Below, piece by piece: positions 34,177 through 42,088 of a DNA stretch of 42,088 nt (its first letter is position 1; every line of letters begins with the position of its first letter). The translations under genes were made by a program, and so were the position numbers. The notes beneath the pieces were generated by a model. The model searched no databases. It saw nothing but the letters and a program-made list of their open reading frames with translations, and had not been told where the DNA came from. This stretch comes from an uncultured Intrasporangiaceae bacterium (GTDB taxonomy: Bacteria; Actinomycetota; Actinomycetes; Actinomycetales; Dermatophilaceae). The stretch covers positions 1 through 42,088 of the forward strand of contig CAYPYK010000002.1 of NCBI GenBank assembly GCA_964414665.1. The letters run 5' to 3'.

Positions 34177-35286
34177 ATGCAGTGGCGCGCCGGCACCGTC
34201 CTCGGCGAGATCCGGCGTTGGCCCGGGGCGGTCGAGTATGCCGTGCGCCTGGACGGTGCGGCGCCGCTCGCCCCCGGGGACGAGCAGCCCGAGGTACGGG
34301 CCCTGGCCTACACCGCGATGGTGGGGGTCCCCCAGACCGGCGAAAGGGTCCTGCTCAACGCCTCGGCCCTGCTCAAGGGCCTGGGCACCGGCGGCCTGGC
34401 CTTCGTCGTGGCGGTCCCCGACCGGCTCCCCGAGGACCCCGAGGGGGGTCCCGGCCACATCGTCAAGGCGCGCTACACGCCTCTGCAGCAGATGTTCCTG
34501 GCGGTCGACGAGCAGGACAGCCCCCACCACGACGTCCTCGCGGACGCGGACTCGGTCGATGGGATGCCCGTCGTCGCCGCCGACCTCCACTCCGCGCTGC
34601 CGGGGGTGATCGCCGGGCTGCGCGCCGACCGACCGGGGGCGCGGGTGGTCTATGTGATGACCGACGGCGGTGCCCTGCCGATCGCCTTCTCGCGCACGGT
34701 CGCAGGCCTGCGCGAGGTGGGCTGGCTCGGCGCCACGGTCACCGCCGGCCAGGCGTTCGGGGGCGACCACGAGGCAGTGAGCGTCCACACCGGCCTGCTG
34801 GCCGCCCGACACGTGCTGGACGCCGACGTCGTCGTCGTCGGCCAGGGACCGGGCAACGTCGGCACCGGGACCCGCTGGGGCTACTCCGGGGTGGCCGTCG
34901 CTGAGGCCCTGCACGCCGCCCACGTCCTCGGGGGGCGGCCCGTCGCGTGCCTGCGGGTGTCGCAGGGCGACCGGCGAGACCGGCACCGCGGGATCTCGCA
35001 CCACAGCACCACGGCATACGGCCGCGCCCTCCTCGCCGTCGCCGCGGTGCCCGTCCCCGCCCTGGACGGTGAGATCGGCGATCTCGTCCGCGCCCAGGCC
35101 GGCGAGCTGGCGGCCTCGGCAGCGGCCCCGCTGGAGCTGGTCACCGTCGGTCTCGAGGGCCTACTGGCGGCACTTCGGGCGTGCCCGGTGCCGCTGTCGA
35201 CCATGGGACGCGGGCTCGACGAGGACCCGGCGGCGTTCCTCGCCGCCGCGGCCGCCGGCCGGTATGCCGCGTCGCTGCTGCCGTGA
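34177..35286 (+). CDS. DUF3866-family protein (function unknown)
   Basis: 369 aa from ATG 34177 (MQWRAGTV..). The sequence reads GLGTGGLAFVVAVPDRLP..GHIVKARYTPLQ..ADLHSALP..MTDGGALP..GQAFGGD..GQGPGNVGTGTRWGYSG..RHRGISHHS. It matches actinobacterial DUF3866 proteins as I remember them. Confidence 0.7.
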   Translation: MQWRAGTVLGEIRRWPGAVEYAVRLDGAAPLAPGDEQPEVRALAYTAMVGVPQTGERVLLNASALLKGLGTGGLAFVVAVPDRLPEDPEGGPGHIVKARYTPLQQMFLAVDEQDSPHHDVLADADSVDGMPVVAADLHSALPGVIAGLRADRPGARVVYVMTDGGALPIAFSRTVAGLREVGWLGATVTAGQAFGGDHEAVSVHTGLLAARHVLDADVVVVGQGPGNVGTGTRWGYSGVAVAEALHAAHVLGGRPVACLRVSQGDRRDRHRGISHHSTTAYGRALLAVAAVPVPALDGEIGDLVRAQAGELAASAAAPLELVTVGLEGLLAALRACPVPLSTMGRGLDEDPAAFLAAAAAGRYAASLLP

Positions 35287-35301
35287 CCGCGCAGGCGGTC
35301 A
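35284..35301. terminator. 7-bp hairpin formed by two convergent stop codons
   Basis: In TGACCGC-GCAG-GCGGTCA, the TGA of the DUF3866 gene and the complement TGA of the FKBP gene form the base of the stem. Confidence 0.3.
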
Positions 35302-35685
35302 GCGGACGTCGACGAGGTCCACGACGAAGATGAGGGTCTCTCCGGGGGCGATCGCAGCCCCGGCGCCGCGGTCCCCGTAGGCGAGGTGCGCCGGGATGAC
35401 GAGCTTGCGCCGACCGCCGACGAGCATGCCCTCGATGCCCTGGTCCCAGCCCTGGATCACCTGCCCGACGCCGAGCCGGAAGTCGAGCGGCGCCCCGCGG
35501 TCCCACGAGGCGTCGAACTGCGCCCCGGTCGAGTACGCCACCCCGACGTAGTGGGTCCGCACGGTCGAGCCGGCCGCGGCCTGCGCCCCGTCCCCCACGG
35601 TGATGTCCTCGATCACCAGATCCTCGGGCGGGGCGTCGTCGGGGACGTCGATCTCGGGCTTGGTCGTCGTGGGGTCGAAGGGCAT
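35299..35685 (-). CDS. FKBP-type peptidyl-prolyl cis-trans isomerase
   Basis: 128 aa. The sequence reads HYVGVAYSTGAQFDASWDRGAPLDFRLGVGQVIQGWDQGIEGMLVGGRRKLVIPAHLAYG. AAGGAGAG lies upstream. Confidence 0.9.
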   Translation of the reverse strand: MPFDPTTTKPEIDVPDDAPPEDLVIEDITVGDGAQAAAGSTVRTHYVGVAYSTGAQFDASWDRGAPLDFRLGVGQVIQGWDQGIEGMLVGGRRKLVIPAHLAYGDRGAGAAIAPGETLIFVVDLVDVR

Positions 35686-35740
35686 GGCTCTCCTTGCGGT
35701 GGGGGGATCGGACGGGTGGGCGACCGGGCGGACGCGCCGG

Positions 35741-36697
35741 TCAGTACGCCGCGAGGATGTCGACGACGAAGACGAGCGTGTCGGTGCCGCTGATGGTGGG
35801 CGGGTTGCCGCCGGAGCCGTAGCCGTCCGACGGGGGCACGACCAGCAGCAGGCGGCTGCCGACGGTCTTGCCGACCACGCCCTTGTCCCACCCCGGGATC
35901 ACCTGTCCCTCGCCGGCGGGGAACTCGAAGAACGGCTGGTCGGCGTGCTGGGCGCTGGCGTCGAAGACCGTACCGTTCTTCCACAGCACGCCGGTGTACG
36001 TGACCCGGACCGTCTGGCCCTTGGTCACCTTGGCGCCGGCGCCGGTGATGAGCGGCTGTACGACGAGCTTGGTCGGCGGCTTGGCCCCCTTGGGCATGGT
36101 GATGGTCGCCGCCTTGCCCTCGGTCATCGTGACGGTGGGCAGCCCGCGCTTGGGTGCCACGACCGTCCCGGTCGCGCTCGCCAGCGGAACGGTCGTCGAG
36201 ATGAGGTCGACGAGGAAGACGACCGTGTCGGTGCTCCCGATGCCGAGGGTGCTGTTGCCCTGGGACCCGAAGGCGTCGGCAGGCGGGGAGGCCACGAGCA
36301 GACGGGCGCCGACCTTCTTGCCGGGGAGCTGGGACTTCAGCGAGGGGAAGAGGTCGCTGGCGCCGAGGTCGAGGCCGACCGGCGCCGCGTCCCACGTGCT
36401 CGTCGCGACCTTGCCGTCCTTGCCGTTGAGGATGAGCGCGTTGATGGTCACGAGGTCGGTCGCCTTGAGGGTGGCGCCGTCGCCCTCGGTGACGACCCGG
36501 GTGCTGGTCCGGTCCACGCTGAGCGGGGTGGGGCTGAGGGTGACGGTCGGTGCCTTGGTCGCGTCCGAGCCGCTCACCGTGACCTTCGCGAGGGGGTCGG
36601 TGCCCGAGGACGACGACGAGCTGCCGCTGCAGCCCGTCGTGGCCAGGGCGAGGGCGAGAACGGCGGCCACGGGCAGGGCCTTGCGGACAAGGAACAC
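35741..36697 (-). CDS. Lipoprotein with two FKBP-type PPIase domains
   Basis: 318 aa from GTG 36697; the start is uncertain. The lipobox reads LALATTGC. There are two FKBP cores (..VTYTGVLWKNGTVFDAS..FPAGEGQVIPGWDKGVVG.. and an upstream degenerate copy). Confidence 0.82.
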   Translation of the reverse strand: MFLVRKALPVAAVLALALATTGCSGSSSSSSGTDPLAKVTVSGSDATKAPTVTLSPTPLSVDRTSTRVVTEGDGATLKATDLVTINALILNGKDGKVATSTWDAAPVGLDLGASDLFPSLKSQLPGKKVGARLLVASPPADAFGSQGNSTLGIGSTDTVVFLVDLISTTVPLASATGTVVAPKRGLPTVTMTEGKAATITMPKGAKPPTKLVVQPLITGAGAKVTKGQTVRVTYTGVLWKNGTVFDASAQHADQPFFEFPAGEGQVIPGWDKGVVGKTVGSRLLLVVPPSDGYGSGGNPPTISGTDTLVFVVDILAAY

Positions 36698-36856
36698 GAG
36701 ACGGACCTCGATCGGTGGACGGGAGCAACCGGGTGCCACCCTAACGGCCCCAGCCGTGTACCCGGCACGCCGTCGGCCGGTACACCACCCGCCGTGCCGT
36801 CGCGGGCAGCGAGCACCGTCCGGATCCACCCTTGGTGGCCCGCGTGTCCGTGGCCC

Positions 36857-38224
36857 TCAGGAGCGCATCCCCTCGATGAGCCGGTCGACCCGCGGGTCCT
36901 CGCTGGCGAAGGGGTCCTTGCACAGGACGGTCCGCTGCGCCTGGTCGTTCAGCTTGAGGTGGACCCAGTCGACGGTGAAGTCGCGGCGGTTCTCGGAGGC
37001 GGCCTTGACGAAGCGGCCGCGCAGCCGGGCCCGGGTCGTCTGCGGCGGCACCACCTTGGCCTCGAAGATCACCGGGTCGGTCACCGCCCGGGCCACCCGG
37101 CCGCGCTTCTGGAGGAGGTAGAACAGCCCGCGCTCGCGGTCGATGTCGTGGTAGGCGAGGTCGATCTGGGCCAGGCGGGGGTGCTCCGGGCCCAGGCCGT
37201 GCCGAGCGGCATACGCCTCGATGAGCCGGTACTTGATGACCCAGTCGATCTCGGTGTCGACCAGGGCGAGGTCATCGGTCTCGATGGCGGTCAGGGTCCG
37301 CCCCCACAGCTCGAGGACGGCCTTGTGCGCCGGGTCGTCGGTGCCCTCGCGCTCGACGAACTCGCTCGCCTTGGCGAGGTACTCGCGCTGGATGTCGAGT
37401 GCGGTCATCGTCATCCCGTTGGCGAGGCGGACGGCGCGGCGACCGGTCATGTCGTGGGAGATCTCCCGGATCGCCCGGATGGGGTTCTCCAGCGCCATGT
37501 CCCGTAGTGGGATCCCGGCCTCCACCACCCGCAGCACGAGGTCGCACGAGCCCACCTTGAGCATCGTCGTCGTCTCGGACATGTTCGAGTCGCCGACGAT
37601 GACGTGCAGCCGCCGGTAGCGCTCGGCGTCGGCGTGCGGCTCGTCCCGGGTGTTGATGATCGGCCGGCTGCGGGTCGTGGCCGACGACACGCCCTCCCAG
37701 ATGTGGTCGGCGCGCTGGCTCACCGCGTATGCCGCCCCCTTGGACGAGACGACGAGCTTGCCGGCACCGCAGGTGAGCTGCCGGCTGATGAGGAAGGGCA
37801 GCAGCCCGTCGGACAGGGCTTGGAACTCCCCGGTGCGCGCGACCAGGTAGTTCTCGTGGCAGCCGTAGGAGTTGCCCGCGGAGTCGGTGTTGTTCTTGAA
37901 CACGTAGATGTCACCGGCGACCTCGTCCTCGCCGAGTCGCTGCTGGGCGTCGGCCGCCAGGGCCTCGACCACCCGCTCCCCCGCCTTGTCGTGGGCGACC
38001 AGCTGGAGGACCGAGTCACACTCGGGCGTGGCGTACTCGGGGTGCGAGCCCACGTCGAGGTAGAGCCGCGCCCCGTTGCTGAGGAAGACGTTGCTCGACC
38101 GGCCCCAGGCCACGACCTTGCGGAACAGGTGCCGGGCGACCTCGTCGGGGGTGAGCGTGCGCTGGCCACGGGTCAGGCAGGTGATGCCGTACTCGTTCTC
38201 GATGCCGAAGATCCGCCGCTCCAT
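36857..38224 (-). CDS. pafA: Pup-protein ligase PafA
   Basis: 455 aa. The sequence reads [77 protein letters not shown] lies 6 nt upstream of the ATG. Confidence 0.95.
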   Translation of the reverse strand: MERRIFGIENEYGITCLTRGQRTLTPDEVARHLFRKVVAWGRSSNVFLSNGARLYLDVGSHPEYATPECDSVLQLVAHDKAGERVVEALAADAQQRLGEDEVAGDIYVFKNNTDSAGNSYGCHENYLVARTGEFQALSDGLLPFLISRQLTCGAGKLVVSSKGAAYAVSQRADHIWEGVSSATTRSRPIINTRDEPHADAERYRRLHVIVGDSNMSETTTMLKVGSCDLVLRVVEAGIPLRDMALENPIRAIREISHDMTGRRAVRLANGMTMTALDIQREYLAKASEFVEREGTDDPAHKAVLELWGRTLTAIETDDLALVDTEIDWVIKYRLIEAYAARHGLGPEHPRLAQIDLAYHDIDRERGLFYLLQKRGRVARAVTDPVIFEAKVVPPQTTRARLRGRFVKAASENRRDFTVDWVHLKLNDQAQRTVLCKDPFASEDPRVDRLIEGMRS

Positions 38225-38313
38225 GACCGCACTCTAGGCGCGGATGCCCGCTCCCGCCTGGGTCCGGCAGCGGTGCGCCCCGGCGGATCGCGCCGGCGAC
38301 CAGCCCACACCGG

Positions 38314-39066
38314 TCAGTCCTGGTCGTCGTCCTCGTCACCGACCGGGGCGTCGATCGTCGGGTCCTCGGTGCTCAGCAGCCGTTCCAGCAGGTGCCCGGT
38401 GACCCGGCGGAAGGTCCGCCTCGGGCGGTTGCGGTCGAGAACGGCCACCTCCAGGGATGCCGCGGTGAGCTCCCGGTCGGGGCCCCCGGCCGGGTCCTTG
38501 CCGAGCAGTCCCACCGCAAGGGCCAGGGCGTCGGCGAGGGTCATCCCCTCGCGGTAGCCGTCGCGCAGGCCGACGTCGATCTGCTCGGCGGCGCCGCCCA
38601 TCACGACGAAACCGTGCTCGTCGGCCACCGAGCCGTCGTACGTCAGCCGGTAGATCTGGTCGTGCTCGGGGCTCGTGCCGACCTCGGCCACGACGATCTC
38701 GACCTCGTACGGCTTGGACTCCTGGGTGAAGACCGCCCCGAGGGTCTGGGCGTAGGCGTTGGCGAGCCCCCGGGCCGTCACGTCGGAGCGGTCGTAGGAG
38801 TAGCCGCGCAGGTCCGCGTAACGCACGCCCGCCACCCGGAGGTTCTCGAACTCGTTGTACTTGCCGACGGCGGCGAACCCGATCCGGTCGTAGATCTCGG
38901 AGACCTTGTGCAGGCTGCGGCTGGGGTTCTCGGCGACGAACGCTATGCCATGGTCGTGGCAGAGGACGATGACCGAGCGGCCCCGGGCGATGCCCTTCCG
39001 GGCGAAGTCCGCCCGGTCCTTCATCAGCTGCTCGGGCGAGACGTAGAACGGCATGCTCGCGGTCAT
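38314..39066 (-). CDS. prcA: 20S proteasome alpha subunit
   Basis: 250 aa from ATG 39066 (ATGA overlap with the prcB stop). The sequence reads [53 protein letters not shown]. The C-terminal tail is acidic. Confidence 0.92.
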   Translation of the reverse strand: MTASMPFYVSPEQLMKDRADFARKGIARGRSVIVLCHDHGIAFVAENPSRSLHKVSEIYDRIGFAAVGKYNEFENLRVAGVRYADLRGYSYDRSDVTARGLANAYAQTLGAVFTQESKPYEVEIVVAEVGTSPEHDQIYRLTYDGSVADEHGFVVMGGAAEQIDVGLRDGYREGMTLADALALAVGLLGKDPAGGPDRELTAASLEVAVLDRNRPRRTFRRVTGHLLERLLSTEDPTIDAPVGDEDDDQD

Positions 39067-39890
39067 CGCGCACCCCCCGGGTTGCCGACCCGGTCGGCGA
39101 CGATCGCGTCGACGACCGGCTCGATGTCGCTCGGGTCGAGGAAGCCGGCGCCGACCTCCTCGACGGTCGCGACCGTCGGCCAGATCCGCCGCCCCACGTC
39201 CGGGCCACCGGTGGCCGAGTCGTCGTCGGCGGCGTCGTATAGCGCCTCCACGGCGACCCGGACCGCGCCGCCCCGGTCCAGGCCGGGCTTCCACAGCTTC
39301 TTGAGCGCACCGCGGGCGAAGAGCGAGCCGGACCCCACGCTGTGGTGGTCGTGCTCCTCGTAGCAGCCGCCGGTCACGTCGTAGGAGAAGATCCGCCCCC
39401 GGGCATCGCCGACGTCGAACCCGGCGAAGACCGGGACGACGCTCAGCCCCTGCATCGCCATCCCGAGGTTGCCCCGGATCATCGAGGCCAGCCGGTTGGC
39501 CTTGCCCTCGAGGGACATCAGCGCGCCCTCGATCTTCTCGTAGTGCTCGAGCTCGACCTGGAACAGCCGAACGAGCTCGATGGCCAGGCCCGCCGTTCCG
39601 GCGATGCCGACGACGGAGAACTCGTCGGTGGCGAAGACCTTCTCCATGTCGCGGTTGGCGATGAGGTTGCCCATCGTGGCCCGGCGGTCACCCGCCATGA
39701 GCACGCCCCCGGCATACGACAAGGTGACGATCGTCGTGCCGTGCGGGACCTCCAGCGCGGCGCCGGCCGGCAGCGGCCGACGGGAGGGCAGCAGGGCGGG
39801 AGAGTGGGCGCCGAGGAACTCGGTGAACGAGGACGAACCGGGCACCAGGTATGCCGCGGGCAGCCGGAAGGGTTCGGCGGAGGGGCTCAC
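39063..39890 (-). CDS. prcB: 20S proteasome beta subunit (with propeptide)
   Basis: 275 aa with a GTG start that overlaps the pup stop (GTGA). The processing site reads HG/TTIVTL. The sequence includes [12 protein letters not shown] and GIAGTAGLA. Confidence 0.92.
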   Translation of the reverse strand: MSPSAEPFRLPAAYLVPGSSSFTEFLGAHSPALLPSRRPLPAGAALEVPHGTTIVTLSYAGGVLMAGDRRATMGNLIANRDMEKVFATDEFSVVGIAGTAGLAIELVRLFQVELEHYEKIEGALMSLEGKANRLASMIRGNLGMAMQGLSVVPVFAGFDVGDARGRIFSYDVTGGCYEEHDHHSVGSGSLFARGALKKLWKPGLDRGGAVRVAVEALYDAADDDSATGGPDVGRRIWPTVATVEEVGAGFLDPSDIEPVVDAIVADRVGNPGGAR

Positions 39891-40087
39891 TGGCCGCCCT
39901 TCTGGACGAACCCGCGGACGAACTCCTCCGCGTTGGACTCGAGCACTCCGTCGATCTCGTCGAGGATGGTGTCGATGTCGCTGTCGAGCGCCTCCTTGGC
40001 CGCGGCAGGCGCCGACGCTGCGGGCTCGGGAGTGTCGTCCGGGCCGTCGTCGCGACGCTGGGGCTTGACCTGCTCCTGACCGGCCAT
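39887..40087 (-). CDS. pup: Prokaryotic ubiquitin-like protein Pup
   Basis: 66 aa from ATG 40087, with AGGAGG upstream. The sequence ends [32 protein letters not shown], so the C-terminus is GGQ. Confidence 0.92.
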   Translation of the reverse strand: MAGQEQVKPQRRDDGPDDTPEPAASAPAAAKEALDSDIDTILDEIDGVLESNAEEFVRGFVQKGGQ

Positions 40088-40108
40088 GGCTCCTCCTGAT
40101 CCGTCAGG

Positions 40109-40127
40109 GGTGGCGCGGGGCGCCACC
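40109..40127 (-). other. 8-bp GC hairpin between dop and pup
   Basis: GGTGGCGC-GGG-GCGCCACC lies about 20 nt upstream of the pup ATG and about 60 nt downstream of the dop stop. Confidence 0.3.
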
Positions 40128-40188
40128 GGCGGGATGGTGCGTACAGGCCGAGCCTAGTCTTTGCGCCAGGTAGCGCTCACCGGTCGGC

Positions 40189-41706
40189 TCAGCCGTCGGG
40201 CGCGGCGAGGGCCGCGAGCAGCGTCGCGGCATCGGGCGCCGCCTCGACGAGCTCGCCGACCGCCGCCCGGGTCCCGCGCAGCGGCTCGAGCATGGGGATG
40301 CGCTGCAGGCTGCGCGATCCGGGCAGGTCGAAGATCAGCGAGTCCCACGAGGCGGCCACGACCTCGGAGGGGAACCGCCGCAGGCAGGTCCCCCGGAACC
40401 AGGCCCGGGTGTCCTCCGGTGGCATGGTCACGGCCCGGCGGACCTCCTCGTCGGGGACGAGGACCTCGAACCGGCCGGCCGCCTGCATCCGGTGGGCGAT
40501 CCCCCGGTCGGCCCGCACGTCGGACCACTGGATGTCGACGGCCCGCAGGCGGGGGTCGCTCCAGTCGAGCCCGTCGCGGTCCTGGTAGCCCTGCAGCACG
40601 GCGAGCTTGGCCACCCAGTCGACCTCTCGGTGGGCCTGCATCGGGTCGCTGCCGAGGTGGTCGAGCACCGTGCCCCACCAGCTCATGACCTCGACGGTGT
40701 CGGCGTCGGTCTCGCCGGCGAAGCGCTGCTCGAGGTAGCCGGCGGCGAGGTCGCGGTAGGTCTCGAGCAGCTCCAGCGCGGTCAGGGTGCGGCCGTTGCG
40801 GAGCCGGATCTTGGCGGCCAGGGTCGGGTCGTGCGAGACCGCATGGAGCGTCGCCACGGGGTGGTCGACGCTGAGGTCCTGGTCGATGAAGCCGTCCTCG
40901 ATCATCGCCAGCACCAGGGAGGTCGTCCCCGTCTTGAGCAGGTTGGCGACGTCGCAGTGGTTGGCGTCGCCGATGATGACATGCAGCCGGCGGTAGAGCT
41001 CGGCATCGGAGTGCGGCTCGTCCCGGGTGTTGATGATCGGCCGCTTGAGGGTGGTCTCGAGGCCGACCTCGACCTCGAAGAAGTCGCTGCGCTGGGCGAT
41101 CTGGAACCCCGGGGTCCGTGAGTCGACGCCGATCCCCACCCGTCCCGAGCCGCACATGACCTGGCGGACGACGAAGAAGGGGATGAGGTGGGTGACGATG
41201 TCGGCGAACGGGGTGCGCCGGGACATGAGGTAGTTCTCGTGGGTGCCGTAGGAGGCTCCCTTGCCGTCGCTGTTGTTCTTGTAGAGGTTGAGCCCCGGCG
41301 GCACCCTCGAGAGCTGCGCGACCGCCTCGCGCATGACGAGCTCCCCGGCCCGGTCCCAGGTCACGGCCGCCCTCGGGGTCGTCACCTCGGGCGAGCTGTA
41401 CTCGGGGTGGGCGTGGTCGACGTAGAGGCGCGCCCCGTTGGTGAGGACGACGTTGGCGAGGGAGGGGTCCTCGAGGTCGGTCAGCTGGCTCGGGTGGGCC
41501 GCCCCCCGGCCCATGTCGAAGCCTCGGGCGTCGCGCAGCGGCGCCTCGTCCGCGTAGTCCCAGGACGCCCGGGTGGGGCGGCGCCCGGTGCTCGCGGCAT
41601 ACGCGCTGACGACGTCGCCGGAGCGGACCATGGGGTTGGCGGTCGGGTCGCCGGGCACCGAGATGCCGTACTCGGTCTCGATGCCCATCACGCGCCTCAC
41701 CGTCAT
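40189..41706 (-). CDS. dop: Pup deamidase/depupylase Dop
   Basis: 505 aa. The sequence reads [64 protein letters not shown]. It is a paralogue of PafA. TATGGT lies 6 nt upstream of the ATG. Confidence 0.95.
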   Translation of the reverse strand: MTVRRVMGIETEYGISVPGDPTANPMVRSGDVVSAYAASTGRRPTRASWDYADEAPLRDARGFDMGRGAAHPSQLTDLEDPSLANVVLTNGARLYVDHAHPEYSSPEVTTPRAAVTWDRAGELVMREAVAQLSRVPPGLNLYKNNSDGKGASYGTHENYLMSRRTPFADIVTHLIPFFVVRQVMCGSGRVGIGVDSRTPGFQIAQRSDFFEVEVGLETTLKRPIINTRDEPHSDAELYRRLHVIIGDANHCDVANLLKTGTTSLVLAMIEDGFIDQDLSVDHPVATLHAVSHDPTLAAKIRLRNGRTLTALELLETYRDLAAGYLEQRFAGETDADTVEVMSWWGTVLDHLGSDPMQAHREVDWVAKLAVLQGYQDRDGLDWSDPRLRAVDIQWSDVRADRGIAHRMQAAGRFEVLVPDEEVRRAVTMPPEDTRAWFRGTCLRRFPSEVVAASWDSLIFDLPGSRSLQRIPMLEPLRGTRAAVGELVEAAPDAATLLAALAAPDG

Positions 41707-41741
41707 GACTCGACCATAAGGGAGGGGCTAGGCTTCGCCGC

Positions 41742-42088
41742 ATGCGGGACATCGTGGTCTTCTCCGGGAGCGCCCACCCGCACCTCGCCGCGCAGATCTG
41801 CGACCAGCTGGGTGTCCCCATCTCCGAGAGCGACATCACCCGGTTCAGCAACGACTGCCTCCAGGCGCAGCTGCTGGCCAACTGCCGACAGCGCGACGTC
41901 TACATCGTCCAGCCGCTCATCCCGCCGACCCAGGAGCACCTCATGGAGCTGCTCCTCATGATCGACGCCGCGCGAGGGGCGTCGGCGGGGCAGATCACCG
42001 CGGTCATCCCCCACTTCGCCTACGCGCGCTCGGACAAGAAGGACGCCTCCCGGATCTCCCTCGGGGGGCGTCTCGTCGCTGACCTGCT
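41742..42088 (+). CDS. prs: Ribose-phosphate pyrophosphokinase-like protein (N-terminal part; truncated by the window end)
   Basis: This gene is absent from the ORF track because it has no stop in the window. My translation from ATG 41742 reads MRDIVVFSGSAHPHLAAQICDQLGVPISESDITRFSNDCLQAQLLANCRQRDVYIVQPLIPPTQEHLMELLLMIDAARGASAGQITAVIPHFAYARSDKKD... TAGGCT lies 7 nt upstream of the ATG. Confidence 0.85.
   Translation, partial: MRDIVVFSGSAHPHLAAQICDQLGVPISESDITRFSNDCLQAQLLANCRQRDVYIVQPLIPPTQEHLMELLLMIDAARGASAGQITAVIPHFAYARSDKKDASRISLGGRLVADL

Overview
The window is a very GC-rich chromosomal segment, with third codon positions almost always G/C. Its gene content and order are typical of Actinomycetota. 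I support about 41 protein-coding genes. I found no rRNA or tRNA genes, CRISPR arrays, transposases or integrases. Most long ORFs in the track are antisense or out-of-frame GC shadows rich in Arg, Pro, Gly and Ala; I discarded these or trimmed them to internal starts.

Gene content from left to right:
- 1-4.4 kb: a UvrA-paralogue, VOC, AraC, VOC and aldo/keto-reductase group.
- 4.5-5.7 kb: a membrane-anchored HSL-type esterase.
- 5.9-8.2 kb: an NfnAB/SudAB-like pair (GltD-like plus PyrK-like).
- 8.4-13.5 kb: two orphan membrane proteins, an aldo/keto reductase, a secreted coiled-coil M15 (VanY-type) peptidase and an MFS transporter.
- 13.7-17.1 kb: the conserved rbpA / fxsA-ppm1-lnt block.
- 17.1-25.9 kb: kal-like, kamE and kamD; then a small membrane ORF, phosphoketolase and kdd; then divergent kamA; then an Lrp/AsnC regulator.
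- 26-42 kb: the conserved 5'-3' exonuclease, helY, DAG-kinase-like, tatC, tatA, pafC, pafB, DUF3866, two FKBP PPIases, pafA, prcA, prcB, pup (C-terminal GGQ) and dop, then a divergent prs-like gene truncated by the window end.

The most unusual part is the clostridial-type lysine aminomutase / 3,5-diaminohexanoate module at 17.1-25.9 kb:
- It lacks kce.
- A canonical phosphoketolase sits between kdd and kamDE.
- Its kamD-kamE-kal genes appear translationally coupled to lnt-ppm1-fxsA.

All protein families in it are known. What is unusual is the arrangement and context, and I cannot show from sequence alone that it is a new system.

Other observations made directly from the sequence:
- Many TANNNT hexamers lie 6-8 nt upstream of start codons, marking leaderless-mRNA candidates.
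- A GGAAC-N18-GTT ECF-type promoter lies upstream of rbpA.
- Several strong palindromes and hairpins lie in intergenic regions.
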